Assembly (NCBI GenBank): GCA_032718475.1
Contig: JAUCBJ010007613.1
Span: 84,670-148,669 of the forward strand
Reading direction: 5' to 3'
Length of the DNA: 64,000 nucleotides
DNA from: Nemertoderma westbladi
Taxonomy: Eukaryota > Animalia > Xenacoelomorpha
A program made the translations under genes and the position numbers. Below are positions 61,701-64,000 of this stretch, one piece after another. Position 1 is the stretch's first letter; each line of letters begins with the position of its first letter. The notes beneath the pieces are model-generated. The model was not told the origin of the DNA, ran no database searches, and saw only the letters and a list, made by a program, of their open reading frames with translations.

Positions 61701-62869
61701 AGGCCTACGCAGAATTGTGTAAAAAAAAACACTGAAAGTGCTCTGTAATCTTTGCAAAAGATCAAAAGTCATGAAGTGCATGCAAAGTGAGAAAAATATT
61801 TTGCCATAAAAATTTTGATGGCTTTGCTCCTTCTTTTTCAATATTAAAATGTCTTTTTTTCATTTCACCATACCGGTAATACTGGTGCTGGATGTGTATA
61901 AATTTATTTCAACTAGGCCTATTATTGGAAAATGATTTAATAAAATATTGAATTATATTAATACAATTATCACTAGGCATATTGGACAGGGTCACAGCGA
62001 ACGTGGGTTTAACTTATTAATACTTATTCAATATTGGTTTAGGATGAAATGGCACAAACATGACAGAAAAATAATTGTAATGCAGGCAGCAGTTTCTTTG
62101 TCGGAGTGGAGTTTAGAATTCGTCCACCAGTCCTTCTCCCCATATAGGCCTGCGCCGTCCCCGAAACCAAAACCCCTCCATGACCGTCTAGCTAGGCTAG
62201 ACTAGGCCTATTATTGTTGTCTGTATGTTGGTATAGGCCTAGGCAGATAGGCCTACTGGTACCTAATACCTACCTAGTATTAAGTAGGCCTACTGAAGTA
62301 GGCCTGTGAGTTAATTATATAGGGTACCAGCTGACCGGTACTGTACCGGTACTTACATTAATAAATACTGAAATAATAATATTATAAAAAAAATAATGTA
62401 CTAATCATTACAGTACTGCAGTAGGCCTATTGTAGGCCCTATTGAATAGTTTTATTTTCTGCGGCGCTGGGTGCCAGAAATCCTGCGCTGGCTCTGAGCA
62501 AAACCACGCTGGGTGTAAAAAAATCCTGTGCCGGCTCTGTGCAAACCCATGCCCATGCAAGGGCCAAAAATCCTGTGCTGGCTCTGTGCAATGCAAAATG
62601 CTGCGCCGGGCTGACTGGTATAAAACATAAAATCTGCCTGTTACATACTGTACAGTACCTGTCAGCCTGTAGTTTATTATTTTATCTATAACACTGCAGC
62701 TGCATATAGTATACTGTGTGTAATTACCAACAATTAAAAGATAATTTTTAAATAAGAGTAAAATAATTAGTAAAAATTAACAAAATAGTTGTGAACACGT
62801 TCCTCTCTGTCTCTTTCACGAATCTCTTACTTAATTAACTTTTTCCTAATATAACTTTTTCCTTTAATA

Positions 62870-63644
62870 ATGTTCAAACTTAATCGTGAGGAACAACCGG
62901 CGATTCCAATCGCGCTGGGGGATACCACGATTGGTCGGGTCCCATGGCTGCAAATAACAGATGTGACTGTTTCTCGCAAACATGCCGTGCTTTACTTAAG
63001 CAGCGATGGAAGGTTATAGGTGAAACCCATAAGTGAGAACCCTACGTTTTTTAAACAAAACGAGGAAGTAGCGTTCCACATGTTGGAAAGAACTCAAGCA
63101 TAAAGATGAGATATCTTTATTGCCACCACCGATCCATACGTTTAAAATTCTATCCACTGATAATGAGAGTGACGACGAGTTATTATTTTATTCAATAAAC
63201 AGTGATGAGAGGGATGAAACTCTGTTCTGCCCTGCATCTGAGGAGGAGGAGGAGATGATTAACAACTGCGCTGAATCCGAAGAGATGGTGGACAACCGCG
63301 CTGAATTCGAGGAGATGTTGGACAACTGCTTTGAATCCGAGGAGATGGTGCTTAACCGTGCTGAATCCGAGGATATGGTGTACAACCGTGCTGAATCCAA
63401 AGAGATGGTGGACAACCGTGCTGAATTCGAGGAGATGTTGGACAACTGCATTGAATCCGAGGAGATGGTGCTTAACTGCGCTGAATCCGAGGACATGGTG
63501 GACAACTGCGCCGAATCAGAGATAGACGACGAGGATAACCGTCCTGAGTGCATATATGGCACGTGGTGTTTCTGTTTTAATATAGAACATCTGAACAACT
63601 TCAAACATTCTCAGCCTCCACCCCCTCCGCCGATGAGCATTTAG
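62870..63644 (+). pseudogene. APLF: Intronless APLF-like pseudogene: PNKP/APTX/APLF-type FHA, acidic 10-aa repeats and one PBZ finger
   Basis: MFKLNREEQPAIPIALGDTTIGRVPWLQITDVTVSRKHAVL…*VKPISENPTF, then a frame change to DEISLLP. 30-bp repeats encode AESEEMVDNR. RPECIYGTWCFCFNIEHLNNFKH fits the PBZ pattern C-x5-C-x6-H-x5-H. Confidence 0.75.
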
Positions 63645-64000
63645 TATTAGTAATTCAAAATTAAATGAAAATCCAGTATTTTAAGAAAAATGAAAAATAC
63701 TGTAAAATCTGTGACTGCCAGCTCTTATAGCTCTTTTGTTTTAAATATTTTATCTAGCTCCTTTTTTTTAACACCTAAAAATGTGTTCTAGAACATTTTT
63801 TCGGTGGTGTGCGGAGTTTTCGAAATAAAATTCAGTATTAGTAATTCATTGGCACTGGAAGTGTTTAATGCCTGGGTGATTTTAGCTTAGCAGTTGTTAG
63901 CCACTTATAACCCTGTGAATCCCTGGATTGATTCAAATCAGATGGGGGCAGCATTTCTGTTGTTTAAGGGCAGGATTTTGTTTAACTGAAATTTAGCCAG

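Overview
AT-rich eukaryotic genomic DNA, most likely from an invertebrate animal, made almost entirely of mobile, virus-like and repeat-derived sequence. No housekeeping gene is evident. Main contents: (1) Two divergently oriented, intron-containing genes for C2H2-zinc-finger tyrosine recombinases (Crypton-like YRs). The minus-strand one (5771 to <=21) looks intact, is missed by the ORF track and has a 7-aa repeat tail. The plus-strand one (16248-24555) is split into two rearranged halves. (2) Several satellites: (GGTC)n, 668-bp, 21-bp, 38/41-bp and 44-bp. (3) A decayed Polinton/Maverick-type protein-primed DNA polymerase B gene, followed directly by a TBP-like pseudogene and an array of tRNA-3'-half/B-box motifs. 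(4) Two GC-rich, intronless, divergent paralogues of a DEDDy 3'-5' exonuclease + triple zinc-knuckle gene, each preceded by a near-identical 1.24-kb repeat. (5) Fragments of RTE LINEs, Penelope, pogo, a Helitron-like Rep and an SGNH hydrolase, plus a SINE, several MITEs and an intronless APLF-like pseudogene. All assignments come from manual translation and motif recognition; no database search was run.
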